A DNA stretch of 64,000 nucleotides from the human T2T-CHM13v2.0 reference genome, Homo sapiens: NCBI RefSeq assembly GCF_009914755.1, contig NC_060931.1. One strand, given 5' to 3'. Below are positions 1-27,283 of this stretch, piece by piece. The notes below the pieces were generated by a model. The model ran no database searches. It was not told the DNA's origin and worked only from the letters and a program-made list of their open reading frames with translations. The translations under genes were made by a program, and so were the position numbers. Position 1 is the first letter of the stretch; each line of letters begins with the position of its first letter.

Positions 1-429
1 ATATATAAACCTAATTCTAACAAATTTTCTATAAAATAAAAAAGAACCAATTGTTGAAGGTGAGAGTGAAAAAAGTGGAAGTTTTAGAAAGAGGTGAGGC
101 CAACTGCAGAATGTGCTCATCACATATCATCAAGGCTGCCCCAATCACACCCTCTGCCTCCTCATCCCCTTATTCTACTTAATTCTACCCCAGACCTTAA
201 CACCTTACACTGTAAATATCTCCTACTTACTACACATTTCCCCACCAGATTGAATGCTCCAGACTGTATGGGGCAGTTCCCCTGCACCTGACTCACAGGT
301 GCCAAATGACTGCAGGATTATGAGGCTGAAAGTAGTAAACATTTCCTCAATACTTGCAGTGGTTCACAGCCATGAAAAATCCAAGATTTCCTCTCTCTCT
401 TTCAGGAACCTTAAAGAAAGCAGCAATAC

Positions 430-757
430 TGTCAGAAGCATTTGAAAGAGAGCAACTCGATCTTAAGTAGGAGCTGGGTAAAATGAGGCTAAGACTTACT
501 GAGCTGCATTCCCAGATGGTTAAGGCTAAGTCACAGGGTGAGGGAGGTCAGCACAATATACAGGTCATAAGGACCTTGCTGATAAAATGGGCTGCAGTAA
601 AAAAGCCAGCCAAAACCAAGATAATGACGAGAGTGACCTCTGCTCATCCTCACTGCAATACACCCATCAACTCCATGGCAGTTTACAAATGCCATGGCAA
701 TGTCAGAAAGTTGTTCTGTATGGTCTAAAAGGTGAACCATAAAATTAATCCACTCCT
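430..757 (+). mobile_element. MER41 (MER41A-like) ERV1 LTR, 3' part truncated by an Alu
   Basis: Begins TGTCAGAAGCATTTGAA..GAGCAACTC; contains GCTGGGTAAAATGAGGCT, CAGGTCATAA.GACCTTGCTGATAAAA and GTTTACAAATGCCATGGCAA, which match the MER41 consensus as I recall it. Confidence 0.85.
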
Positions 758-1448
<691 letters not shown>

Positions 1449-1654
1449 TTAGTTGAAGGGGAAAAAACAGACTTATCAAATTTTTTTGCAAAAAAGCTGA
1501 TCCATCATTTTCCACAATTCAGTGATTCTGGCATACCATACTTCCTTCCCCATCAAAATCACAGGAATACAAGTTTTCTCAATCTAATGAATTTAATAAC
1601 TTGGGTTATTAAATATTATTATAAAATAGGCAGTATTTTTCTTTCCTGTGACTA

Positions 1655-1946
1655 TTTTTTTTTTTTTGAGATGGAGTCTCGCTCTGTAGCACACACTGGA
1701 GTGCAGTGGCATGATCTCGGCTCACTGCAAGCTCCGCCTCCCAGGTTCATGCCATTCTCCAGCCTCAGCCTCCTGAGTAGCTGGGACTACAGGCACCCGC
1801 TACCACGCCCGGCTAATTTTTTGTATTTTTAGTAGAGACAGTGTTTCACCGTGTTAGCCAGGATGGTCTTGATCTCCTGACCTCGTGCTCCACCCGCCTC
1901 ATCGTCCCAAAGTGCTGGGATTACAAGCATGAGCCACCGCACCTGG
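1655..1946 (-). mobile_element. AluY-like element
   Basis: Poly(T) followed by GAGATGGAGTCTCGCTCTG..GCAAGCTCCGCCTCCCAGGTTCATGCCATTCTCC and GTTAGCCAGGATGGTCTTGATCTCC (AluY-type diagnostics). Confidence 0.9.
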
Positions 1947-3002
1947 CACCTGTAACTAATATTATTTCTAAGATCCAGAATGTATTTATTACTGAAACAA
2001 TGCTGACATACACTGCACAAAAAAAAGGAAGAACCAGACATTCATTAAAGCTAGGAAAAAGCAGAACTCAGTGTGCTCAAGAACCACTAGCAGGCAGGAC
2101 AGGTTGTCTCATGCCTGTAATGCCAGTACTTTGGGAGGCTGAGGTGGGCAGATCACCTGAGGTCAGGAGTTCCAGACCAGCCTGGCCAACATGGTGAAAC
2201 CCAAACTCTACTGCAAATAAAAAATTAGGCTGGCGTGGTGGCAGGTGCCTGTAATCCCAGCTACTTGGGAGGCTGAGGCAGACAGAATTGCTGGAACCCA
2301 GGAGGTAGAGCTTGCATGAGCTGAGATCACACCACTGCACTCCAGTATGGGCAACAGAGGAAAACTCCACCTCAAAAAAAAAAAAAAAAAAAAAAAAAGA
2401 GAACAGCAAACAGCTAGCAGGTGCCATTTGCTATGGGGAGACTAGGGATATGATCTTGCTGGCAATCCTTCCATTTTAGTAAATCTAAACAGTGTGATTC
2501 CATTCTTTTTTGTCTGCACTCCACTCTAGAGCCAAAACCAGAAAATCAATTATATTTCTACTTCTTTCAAAACACATCTAACAATTAAGAGATGATATGC
2601 ATGGCTCCATGCTCTAAAAGGAACTTTCTTATGTCCTGGGTATCGTGGACATTTGATGAATGCTTGTTCAGTTGGCTAGTGTAGACTTCAATAATAAACT
2701 GTTCAGTGCATAATGTCAGACAAATGTTGTATCTGAAAAGTAGGACAAATATTGTTCTTTTAGTTCTGTCTACCCATAAACGCAATACTTACATGTATTT
2801 ATAATGGGTTAATAAAAAGAAAATGAGTTTATTTTTCTAGAGAGTATTAGAATTTTGACAACATGAATTCTCCTGTCCTGGAACATAATTAAAAGTAAGA
2901 GGAATATTATTTCATGTGAAAGGACCATTAAAAAAATCATTGTTAAGCATTAAATAATTATTTCACATAATCTTCTAATCTGACTTAAGACTGAAGACCT
3001 AC

Positions 3003-3061
3003 CACCTGAAGCTGGTTTATCAAGTTGTAAGTCTTCACATGTTGAATTCGCAAGTTCATGT
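3003..3061 (-). pseudogene. GTF2I: Isolated 59-nt exon of a GTF2I (TFII-I) unprocessed pseudogene fragment
   Basis: ctttcag|ACATGAACTTGCG...CCAGCTTCAGGTG|gtaggt translates HELANSTCEDLQLDKPASG versus GTF2I HELLNSTREDLQLDKPASG; both splice sites intact; no flanking GTF2I exons recognised. The symbol is that of the parent gene. Confidence 0.9.
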
Positions 3062-3177
3062 CTGAAAGGTGAGAATAAATACTTAATATTCACTAGGCAA
3101 TATTCAGCAAAGTAATATTCACTGGTGCATATTTTACATTTCATAACCAAGGGTGGCTTTGAAAAAAAAAAAAGACA

Positions 3178-10270
<7,093 letters not shown>

Positions 10271-10604
10271 TGTTTAAAAAATAGAAAAGATATGGGGTCT
10301 TGCTATGTTGCCTAGGCTGATCTTGAACTCAGCCTCAAGCAATCCTCCTGCCTCAGCCTCCCAAAGTGCTGGGAGTACCGGCATGAGCCGTTGCACCTAC
10401 CCCTGGGAACTTTTTGCTGGGAGTGGTTTCTCTTATCTGTCCTGGCTTCAGGAGGGCAGGACCCCAAACCAAGGGTTTCTTCAAGTGGACAGCACTTTGG
10501 GAATGAAAGTGGGGTCAGTACTTGGTGTGCTGCAGAGGTGGCTATAGCCTACAGGGCCTGCTAGAGCCTAGGACAGCACTTCATGGGGAAAGCTTGGGCC
10601 TTAC

Positions 10605-10721
10605 CTGCCCAGGATCTCGTTGGGCTAATAATTGTCATGGAAGTCCTGTGCGGAATGAGAGTCCGGCAGTGCCTCATCCCGGGTCATGCTCAGATCCTCA
10701 GCAAGGGAACTCTGGGTGGCT
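10605..10721 (-). pseudogene. PHKG1: PHKG1 pseudogene first coding exon (exon 2) with premature stop
   Basis: ATG at 10687; [26 protein letters not shown](R) versus PHKG1 [28 protein letters not shown]; TAG at 10625-10627; acceptor ctctcag| and donor AG|gtaagg intact; 83 coding nt. Confidence 0.95.
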
Positions 10722-11069
10722 CTGAGAGTGGAACACAAAGAAGCTGTCAGCCCTCCTGACCCAGGGGTTGTTCTTGGGGCCTGGAACTGTTTCTCACTCA
10801 CCCTTACATCTCCTGGCACCACACTGGCCTACAGTGAATGTTCCAAATAAACGTTTGTGAATTGAGGCCAGGCGTGGTGCCTCACACCTATAATCCCAGC
10901 ACTGTGGGAGGCTGAGGCAGACAGATCACTTGAGGCCAGGATTTTGAGCCCAGCCTGGCCAACATGGTGAAACCCTATCTCTACTAAAAATACAAAAATT
11001 AGCTGGACATGGTGGCTGGCACATGCTTGTAGTCCCAGCTGCTTCAGAGGCTGAGGCAGATTTGCTTGA

Positions 11070-11495
<426 letters not shown>

Positions 11496-11534
11496 TGAAC
11501 TCCTGACCTCAGGTGATCTGCCCACCTCAGTCTC

Positions 11535-11579
11535 CCAGGAAGAAGAAACTGTTGGTCTCATAAGTGTCCCTCAGCTGTA
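11535..11579 (-). pseudogene. PHKG1: PHKG1 pseudogene exon 4, 3'-truncated and fused to an Alu
   Basis: tttcag|TACAGCTGAGGGACACTTATGAGACCAACAGTTTCTTCTTCCTGG = (I)QLRDTYETNSFFFL versus PHKG1 IQLKDTYETNTFFFLVFDL; runs directly into Alu GAGACTGAGGTGGG. Confidence 0.9.
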
Positions 11580-11744
11580 CTGAAATGGAAATGGCTAGCT
11601 CATCTCAAGTGGCAGGGGAGCCCGGGCAGGGGCAGCTGGGGCACGGGGGTCAGGGACCGAGGCTGCTGTCAGCTAACTTCAAAAGCTGACACGGGAATCA
11701 GGAGGGTGCTCAAAGGATGTCAACCCGGGGTGTGGGCAGGCCCA

Positions 11745-12016
11745 GGATTACAGGTGTGAGCCACTGTGCTTGGCCACTTTTTTTTTTTTTAGTAGAGATG
11801 GTTAGCAAGATGTGGTGGCACACACCTGTTGTCCCTCCTACTAGGGAGGCTGAGGTGGGAAGATCACTTGAGCCTAGGAGGCAGAGAGTGTAGTGAGTCA
11901 AGATCATACCACTGCATGCTGACATGGATGACAGGGTGAGACCGTGTCTAAAAAATAAAAAAGATATGGGGTCTCGCTATGTTGCCCAGGCTGATCTTGA
12001 ACTCAGCCTCAAGCAA
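11745..12016 (+). repeat. Extra ~270-bp copy of the PHKG1 intron-2 Alu junction segment, inserted in intron 3
   Basis: Matches 10063-10342, 13074-13340 and 18080-18269, including the distinctive CCTGTTGTCCCTCCTACTAGGGAGG. Confidence 0.85.
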
Positions 12017-12407
12017 CTTTATTATTATTATTGTTATTATTTTTAGAGACAAGGTCTCACGGTCTCACCCACACTGGAGTGCAATAGTGCAATCATAGCT
12101 CACTGCAGCCTCAAACTACTGGGCTCCAGTGATGCTCCTGCCTCAGCCTTCTGAGTGGCTGGGATTACAGGCATGCACCAGCACGCCTGGCTCATTCAGC
12201 CCAGGGACATCAAACCCCCATCCCCTCACCTGCAACCATCCCTGCCTGGGACCCCTCCTGTCAAAGCAGTGAGGCTACAGCTGGGAGCCTTGAGCCTGGG
12301 TGGTTCTAACTGGCTGTGTGGTGGGGCCACATTCCCTGGCTTGGGCTGTCATGTCAGGGCAGAATCACAGGGGTCACCCCACCGTGGAGCTTGGGGCCCT
12401 CACTCAC

Positions 12408-12586
12408 TGATGCTGGGGTGCCCTTAGACCTTGTGCAGGATGTCAACCTCCTTCAGTGTGGCTTCTTGCAGCTCCTGCACCTCCTCGGGGGTGAAGCTGC
12501 TTCCACTGGTGACGTCGATGACCTTCACAGCAGGCTCCTGGCTCGTGGGCTTGTGGATGCAGCACCTGACCATACTGCTAATGCCC
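12408..12586 (-). pseudogene. PHKG1: PHKG1 pseudogene exon 3 (179 nt) with premature stop
   Basis: cccag|GGGCATTAGC...CCCCAGCATCA|gtgagt translates [58 protein letters not shown] versus PHKG1 [59 protein letters not shown]; TAA at 12424-12426. Confidence 0.97.
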
Positions 12587-13413
12587 CTGGGAGTGAAAAG
12601 GACAGATGGCCTCAGGGGGCCCCTCACCCCATGGGGAGTCCCAGATTCAAGGCTGCAGCAGACATGTCCTGCCCTTATCTAGAGATTTACACTTTCCCTC
12701 AACTTCCTCTGAGCTTTTGGGGATTGTGGATGAATAAATACAGGCACAGATAGGTGATTTGCCCAGAGCTGATCAGTAGAAGCCTGCTCTCAGGCTGTGT
12801 GACTCCTAGTTTAGTCATTTTTGGAGAGAAAGTCTTACTCTGTTGCCGAGGCTGCAGTGCGGTGGCACGATCTCGGCTCATGCAACCTCCACCTCCTGTG
12901 TTCAAGTGATTCTCCTGCCTCAGCCTCCCGAGTAGCTGGGACTACAGGCGCCTGCCACCACACACATCTAATTTTTGTATTTTTACTGGAGACGGGGTTT
13001 TACCATGTTAGCCAGGCTAGTCTCAAACTCTCGACCTCAGGCGGTCCTCCCACCTCAGCCTCCGAAAGTGCTGGGATTACAGGTGTGAACCACTGTGCTG
13101 GGCCACTTTTTTTTTTAATAGAGATGGTTAGCAAGATGTGGTGACACATACCTGTTGTCCCTCCTACTAGGGAGGCTGAGGTGGGAGGATCACTTGAGCC
13201 TAGGAGGCCTGCAGACTGTAGTGAGTCAAGATCATACCACTGCACGCCAACCTGGATGACAAGGTGAGACCATGTCTAAAAAATAAAAAAGATATGGGGT
13301 CTTGCTGTGTTGCCCAGGCTGATCTTGAACTCAGCCTCAAGGAATACTCCCGCCTCAGCCTCCCAAAGTGCTGGGAGTACAGGCATGAGCCATTGTACCT
13401 GTCCATGGGAGCA

Positions 13414-13547
13414 GTTCTTGAGCACACTGAATTCTGCTTTTTCCTAGCTTTAATGAATGTCTAGTTCTTCCTTTTTAGGTGCAGTGTATGTCAGCATTGT
13501 TTCAGTAATAAATGCATTCTAGATCTTAGAAATAATATTGGTCACAG

Positions 13548-13558
<11 letters not shown>
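13414..13558 (-). repeat. Inverted copy of 1939-2084
   Basis: GTTCTTGAGCACACTGA..TTCCTAGCTTTAATGAATGTCT..GCAGTGTATGTCAGCATTGTTTCAGTAATAAAT is the reverse complement of 1939-2084. Confidence 0.92.
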
Positions 13559-18269
<4,711 letters not shown>

Positions 18270-19536
18270 GGCAGGAGGATTGCCTGAGGCCAGGAGTTCG
18301 AGCCAGCCTCGGCAGCATAATGAGATTCCATCTCTGTAAAAAATAAAATTTAGCCAAGTGTGGTAGCGTGCACCTGTGGTCCCAGCTACTCGGAAGGCAA
18401 AGGCGAGGATTGCTTGAGTCCTGGAGGTTGAGGCTGCAGTGAGCTATAATTGCGCCATTCCAGCCTGGGAGACAGGGTGAGATTCTGTCTCAAAAAAAGA
18501 AAAAATAATAATAAAACTGTGGGGGAAGGACACTCAAACCCCCTACGGGAAGCAAGGCTTCCTCATTCCATCATATTCTGCTCATCCTCCAAGGCTCGGC
18601 TAAGGGGCCTGCCTCTCCAAGAAACTTCCCAGCCCTCAGCCCCCTTCCTTCCTGTTTTCGCAGCACTGGTGTCACCTCGTCCTGCCCAACTATGTAGCGT
18701 GCAGGCCTCCATCTTCCACATGACTGCAGAACCAGAGAGCTCTGGTGGTATCTGGTTCCATGTGTCCCCACTGGCACCTCGCCTGGGACGTTGTCTGCAC
18801 TGACCAGTGCTAGCAATCAAAATAGCAGGCATGCCTGACCATGTGCTGAGGCTCAGTAGGCAGCACTGGTCAGCTATGATTTCAGCTCAGCCTCTAGCAT
18901 CCCGCTGGGGTAGCTTAATAATCCCTGGATTTCACAGATGGAAAATGTTAGGAAAGTCTCTAAGCCCCCATGGAAGGTCCCAGAGCCCAAATTCAAACCC
19001 AAGTGGAACGTTCCTCTGCTTCACTGTGATCTGGTGTGAATTTTAACCTAAGGTCCTGGCATTTAAGAGCTCGAAGTCACCACGGAGGTGGAGAGCTCAG
19101 CCCTGACATTGGATGGAAGCTGAGACTGGTGAGGTTCTCACCGGGACTTTTGCAGGGAGTTGGGGAGAATTCTGAAGGCGGTACAGATGTTCTGACCCCA
19201 AGACCGTCTCCTCCAGCTGGACCACACACTTGTTTCCTGCTCCTACACCTGTCCATCCCACCCCTTGGATTCTAGGTGTACAGAGGGGTGGGCACATGCT
19301 AAGGTCACCCCTGTTAGCCTCATGGACAAGGTGGGCCTGGAGCAGGAACCCACCTGATAGAAGACACCTGAAGTCTGTCCATACACACTCAGTGTGGGCA
19401 TCACTTGCACATAGGTGCAGCTTTTGCTCTGGGAAACCACTTTAAATGAATTGATGGCCTCACCACGGTGGAGACATGGCTTGACTCCGGAGAGACTCCA
19501 TTGTAGATAAATATTTGAGTAAAAGGTTTCATGTTA

Positions 19537-19707
<171 letters not shown>

Positions 19708-19710
19708 TTA

Positions 19711-19923
<213 letters not shown>

Positions 19924-22442
19924 TCACTGCAACCTCCTTCTCCCAGGTTCAAGCAATTCTCCTGCCTCACCCTCTGGAGTAGCTTGGATTACAAGTGCCC
20001 ACCACCACGCCTGGCTAATGTCTGTATTTTTAGTAGAGACGGGGTTTCACCATGTTGGCCAGGCTGGTCATGAACTCCTGACCTCAAGTGACGCACTCAC
20101 CTTGGCCTCCCAAAGTGCTGGGATTGCAGGCATGAGCCACTGCGCCCGACCCAGACTCCAACTCTTTAAAACAAAAAAGTACCTGAGGTAAATGGGGAAA
20201 ACACTTGTGAGACAAGACCAAAACCTACAGTGGCTGCTAAATGTCAGTTCTATGAGCCCAGGATTCTCCTACATCCCCTTCCATGGTCAGGGAGGACCAC
20301 TGGGCTATGTGTCTTCTGTGATTCTCCCCTGGCTCTGAGCCCTTTGCATCTGCACCTCACAGCGCCGCTCAAATCCCTGGGGGTAAAGTGCAGTGGCAGA
20401 TGTTGGCCAGTTGTAGTCTGATAAGATAAAAGCCACAGGAGAGTTCTGAAATTCTCTTTTCCTCTCGAGTATGTATTTCTGCATCTTTACGGAGCCTCGT
20501 AAATGCTTTTTAAACCTACCCTGGGATTTGAACCAGCGCCCATAGACACAGAAGTCTTGTCAGGTCAGCCAGGGGCTGCTACTGAGGCAGCATCTCTCCC
20601 TAGCCCCCGACCCACAGGTTCAGAAGGGAAACCCTTCCCTCAGGCGGCTTATGAGACCCAGTACTTCTAGTTTCACTTCTTTAAAAACACCGTACAAAAG
20701 AAAAAGGCTGTCAAAACACAAGCAGTGTTTGAAACGAAGCTTTGTAGGTCCCCCTGCACTACCACCATCATGGGCAGCATAGCAGATGGGTTCTGGGACA
20801 CCAGCTAAAATGTGTGCAAGAGAAACCAGGGCTCATGGCAGACGTGTGTTTCTCTGTTTTGTTGACCAACTTCTGCTAGAATTCATAGCCATCTAGCCTA
20901 TGTATTGGATTTTTATTTCTGTGACGTCTGCATCTTTTAAAAATATCAGTTGGGGCCAAGGTGGGTGGATCACTTGAGGTCAGGAGTTCAAGACCAACCT
21001 GGCCAACATGGCCAAACCCTGTCTACTAAAAATATAAAAATTAGCTGGGCATGGTGGTGTGTGCCTGTAATCTCAGCTACTTGGGAGGCTGAGGCAGGAG
21101 AATCACTTGAACTGGGAGCCAGAGGCTGCAGTGAGCTGAGATCGTGCTTCTGCACTCTAGCCTGGGTGGCAGAGTGAGAGTCCAAATAAAAAATAATAAT
21201 AATAATTTAAAAAATCAATCAGTAGCCAAGCACCATGGCATATACCTATAGTCCCAGCCACTTGGGAGGCTGGAGGATCACTTGAGTTCAGGAGTTCAAG
21301 ACCAGCCTGGGCAACATAGCAAGCCCTCATCTCTACAAAAAATAAAAAATTAGCAGGGCATGGTGGCACATGTCTGTAGTCCCAGATCCTCGGGAGGCAG
21401 GAGGATTTCTTGAGCCTAGGAGTTCAAGGCAAACCTGGGTGACATAGTGAGATTCCATTTCAAAAATATGTATCAGTAGGTTAATCCAGATGTTGTCACA
21501 TGGGCCAAGCAACCAAAGTCACATCTTAGAGTTGTGGACTGTGTAATCAGATAAGTGTGGCTACAGTCACAGAAGGTCAGGGTAGAAAGAGGCTTGGAGA
21601 GGGGCACACTTCTAGCCAGAGCTTTCCTACTGAGCTCCTTAAAGCTCAGGGGAAAGTGGGACAGGGTTGGGGGGCGACCTAAATCCCACACCCTCCCATC
21701 TTCAACCAGAGCAACCCCATTTGTATCTGCTCAGCAGTATCATGCATCCATGTAAAATTTTATTTGAAAATGGCCTTCTGCAATTAAAACTACAAAAAAA
21801 GATTGAAAGTGGCCAACTTAAACTCCACTCTGTTTCTTTTTTGATTTGGGAGACTGGTGTGCACAGAAGGGAAGTGTCACCTAATGAAACTGTAACCTCA
21901 CCACAGATGCCTGCCCATGGCTGGTGGAGCTCCCAAGGCCTGGGCCACACCCTATGTGCCCCATGCCCAGCAAGTGGAGGGGGGTGTGGTCAGTACATGT
22001 TTGTAAGATAAAGAAAAACATGCTTCCCAATCAGCCATATTACCCAGAGGGCGATATTGATTTAGATCTTATTTCAGCTTGGCTACAGAGGCTCAGGTGC
22101 CAGTGAGCAGAAGTCTGGCCATTGTGGTGGATTCTGGAAGATAATGTGCTATACTATTAGCAGGGGTGCAATTTGGGGTGTGAGACCACCAGAGCTTTGA
22201 TTCCCCCTGCCACACTTGTATTATTTGGAGTTGTTTTGTTGTTGTTCATGGTAATTACCTATGATTAGACAACAATCTAGTTCCATTTGCAATAGGGAAT
22301 AATATGTCTGTGACACTCACAGCCTCTAGACCTGGGGAACCTCTGGCCACCCCGAGGGGGCCCGGTCATCCTGCTGCTGGTCATGTCCAGCTCCGGGTGG
22401 CTGGCTAGGTGGCCTGGGTGGGAGGTCCACTCTTTGTCTTTA

Positions 22443-22592
<150 letters not shown>

Positions 22593-22595
22593 TTA

Positions 22596-22919
<324 letters not shown>

Positions 22920-24213
22920 TTATTTCCTAGTATGTCAGAACTGCTGATGCAGGAATAAAGCAAAGTGCCTGCCACTCCACGCGACTGCCGTTTTTTCATT
23001 CATTCATGTATTCGTTCTTCCTTTACGCATGCATGGCAGATTAACAAAAGGGCCTCCACAAACTAGCCAGGTGGCGTCCATGGGTTTTTAGCCTCTCTGA
23101 GCAGGTTTGACAGGGCTGCTTTTTCCTTTCCCTCACTCTGACTTCTGTCCCAGCCTCTTCCATTTAATATCAGCCCTTGTTCCTACACTACACCTCCCGA
23201 TGCAGACTGGGACATTCTCAGGCTGTGTTTGAGCCACCCCTTCATCCTCTGTGCTTTTCCCTGGCATCCTCAGCTCCCCTCTCCCCATCATGGTGCTCCT
23301 GGGCTGTTCCCAGAGCTCCTGTTACTCTCTCTGTCCTCCCAACCCCAAACCCGTCCAGCTGTGTATCCACCTGCCCAGCTGCCATTCATGCTGCAGATGT
23401 AGCACTCTCAGAGCCCATCTGTCTCCACTCACTCAGGCATCCTACCTCCTACTCCTGGTGGTGGCCGCAGTGCCCACTGGGCCACCCCAGCCAAGCCCAA
23501 GAGTAGCCACATGGGAGCCCTTCCTCCATCTCCCCTTCCTCATTCACACATTACCACATCTTGCCAATTTCATCTCCTGAGGACCTCACCTTCCATCATT
23601 CTCTCCCCATCATACCACAGTTGCCACCTTTATTTCTCTCCTAGACCTCAGCTGGTGTTACTTGGACAGTCATTTCGTTGGAACCTCCTGGCCAGCTTTG
23701 CACACATTTAACTAGACTAAGATTTGAGACCAGGCATGGTGGCTTATGCCTCTAATCCCAACACTTTGGGAGGCCAAGGCAGGCAGATCCCCTGAGGTTA
23801 GGAGTTTGAGACCTACCTGGGCAACATGGTAAAACCTCCTCTCTACTAAAAATACAAAAATTAGCCAGGTGGGGTAGCACACACCTGTAATCCCACTTAC
23901 TCGGGTGGCTGAGGCAAGAGAATTGAACCTGGGAGGCAGAGGCTGCCGTGAGCCAAGATCACACTACCACACTCCACCCTGGGTGACAGAGTGAGACTCC
24001 ATCTCAAACAACAACAACAAAAAAGAAGATTTGAGCTCCCTTCTCAGATCCGTGCCTCTCGACCTGGGCTGAAGGCTTCTACTCTCTCTGGCGTCACCTT
24101 CAGGAACCTGCTTGTTACTTCCCTCCTAAGAATGTTCCAGAAGGTCTTGGTTTATCTTCTGGAGGGCATTCAAGAACTCAGAGTCATCTCACATGTCTAG
24201 AAGAGAAATATTA

Positions 24214-24375
<162 letters not shown>

Positions 24376-25581
24376 TCAGCTATTTAGAAGGCTGAGATGG
24401 GAGGATCATTTGAGCCCAGGAAGTCAAGTGCAGTGAGCTGTGACAGTGCCACTGCACTCCAGCCTGGGCAACAGAACAAGATCCTGTCTCCAAATTTAAA
24501 AAGGGAGAGAGAAACAGAAACATGGCAGCTTGGAAACCTGGCTGGGGGTGATTGTGGGGAACTGCTGCTGATGGGCTCTCAGGCACACCCCCCACTCCAG
24601 CCATTTTGCCTGGCTGCCTTAGGAACCCTCCTCATACTCTCCTGAGAGTCCCCTCCAGGCAGTCATGGCTCACTTATCCCTGCCACGTGAACTCCATAAA
24701 GGAGTCTCGGTAGAAACCCACAGAAACTGTTCCCAGTCACAAAGCATGCCAGGTGCATCCTGTTCTTTCTGTCATTTAAAAAAATGAATGTGTCTCTATC
24801 TCTCCTTCTTATAAAACAGTACCCTCTCACACTGCGTGGCTTGAATTCTGGTCTTACTTATGCCTTTGGATTCAATGGCCTTCATCAAATGTCTACAAGG
24901 CAAGGGCAATTTACAATAAACATTGTCGGAACTTCACTTAGCAATGTACTTGGGAAATAAATTTTGGTCACTAAATAGAGAAACAAATGCAACAAATAAT
25001 CCCACAGATCATTATAACATATCTTTTAGATGGTAGTTGTCAAGGATTAGAGTTCCTCGCCCAAAACTGTTGTTGGTGTTTGGAAGCGTCCAAACATTGG
25101 CTGGCCCATGTCCCACGGGGCATCAGCACAGCACCCTGGTGAGCAGAGAGTTGTGTGTATGGGGACTAAGCAGAGTGGTAGGCAGTTTGCAGGAAGCTTA
25201 CCAATGCTTATTAATATTTACCAAAGAGATGCAGAACCGGCCATGGTGGCTCACGATAGTCATCCCAGCACTTTGGGAGGCTGAGGTGGGCAGATCACAA
25301 GGTCAGGAGTTCGAGACCATCCTGACCAAAATTGTGAAACTCCATCTCTAATAAAAATACAAAAATTAGCCAGGCATGATGGTGCACACCTGTAGTTCCA
25401 GCTACTCAGGAGGCTAAGGCAGGAGAATCGCTTGAACCCGGGCGGCGGAGGTTGCAGTGAGCTGAGATCACACCAACTGCACTCCAGCCTGGGCAACAAA
25501 GAGTGAAACTCCATCTAAAAACAAACAAAAAAAGAGATGCAGGACCATCTGCATATGGTACATTTTGGTGATAATATCTGA

Positions 25582-25747
25582 CCTTCTGGGAGAAGAGATA
25601 TGTTACATATGTTACATTTGTTACAAGAGAATGTCTTACCCCACCCCCACGGACCCAGAAAGGGTCCTTCTGGGAGAAGAGATATGTTACGTATGTTACT
25701 TTCGTTACAAGAGAATGTCTTACCCCACCCCCACGGACCCAGAAAGG
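25582..25747. repeat. Tandem duplication, 2 x 84 bp
   Basis: CCTTCTGGGAGAAGAGATATGTTAC...CCCCACGGACCCAGAAAGG starts at 25582 and again at 25666, with only a few mismatches. Confidence 0.95.
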
Positions 25748-26134
25748 CGTGCACATGTGGATGGCAGGAGAGTGACTGCAGATACTTCCTGTGTTGCTAT
25801 CCTTTGCTCCAGGTGGGTACTGGTCACAGGCACAGGCCAGAAGGCTCCCCAGAGTCTGATCCTGTCTCAAACCCAGCTGGCTATCCTGCAACCCCCAACC
25901 CACTGGTCTTTGGGAGTGGACAACAGCCCACGTCTCCAGGTGGCCGGGCCCCCTGTGCAGGCATGTTATAGCAAGTTGTGTTTTTCTGGTTTGTCTGTGC
26001 CCAACATGGTGTGACCATGGAGGGGACACTGAACAGACCTGGGGGTGGTGGTACTGAGGCAGAGGCAGGCGCACAGTTGTTTCCAAGGGAGAAAATGAAT
26101 TCATGATCTAAAATGCAAAACCTTAATTATGCTT

Positions 26135-26250
26135 GACTCCCCTCCCTCCCTCATTTCTCTCTCTCCCTCCCTCCATCCATCCTTCCCACGTTTCCTTCCC
26201 TCCCTCTTTTCCTTCCCTCCCTCCCTTCCTTCCTCTCTTCCTCCCACCCT
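26135..26250. repeat. CT-rich (CCTT/CCCT) low-complexity tract
   Basis: Near-pure pyrimidine run. Confidence 0.85.
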
Positions 26251-26730
26251 TTATTGACCTTCTTTCATTTTGCAACTTTGTCAAATACAGCTCCAGACTG
26301 TCTTCTCTTTCTCCTCTGCTCTGGCCACACACATGCCCTTCCACCCTGTGTCTGCCCATAGAAATCTCGCATCCCTTCCAGTATTCCTGCGCACCGTGGC
26401 CTCTGTTAGGAGATTCCTGTGCAGTCTCCTAGCAGGGCAGCCCTTCTGGGAATTGCTCCCTGGTGCTCGTGTGCACTCCATCCCAGCCCTTAGAGCTGCT
26501 TTCCTGGCTTTTGTCTCGTGTCCTCTGACCACCTATCAGGGCCTGTCCATGGGGCTGTGTCTGCATGGGAGCAGCCCCAAACACAGTCCTTGTCAGCACC
26601 CCGATCTGGACCTGAATTGGGCCCTTGTGCTCACTACCTGTGGACCAAAGACAAATCAGGTTCTCCCCATCCCCAGAGTGGGGAAAGCAGTAGTGTGGGC
26701 CTCCCTGGGGTCCCCACGACAGTGTAATGA

Positions 26731-27283
<553 letters not shown>

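Noticed and set aside
430-757. MER41 as an interferon-gamma/STAT1 enhancer
   Set aside because: This copy looks MER41A-like and I find no intact TTCNNNGAA site (nearest is TTCCCAGAT); the tandem GAS segment of MER41B is absent.
2585-2732. Exon-like segment downstream of the GTF2I exon (acceptor ttttcag at 2733)
   Set aside because: No frame matches GTF2I or any protein I recognise; it could be a non-coding cryptic exon but cannot be supported from sequence alone.
20837-20931. Short inverted repeat GCAGACGT...ACGTCTGC
   Set aside because: Only 8 bp with no box motifs or extended stem; expected by chance.
25406-26104. Longest ORF (232 aa, minus strand)
   Set aside because: Its length comes from the in-frame 84-bp duplication and an Alu-derived C-terminus; no recognisable domain.
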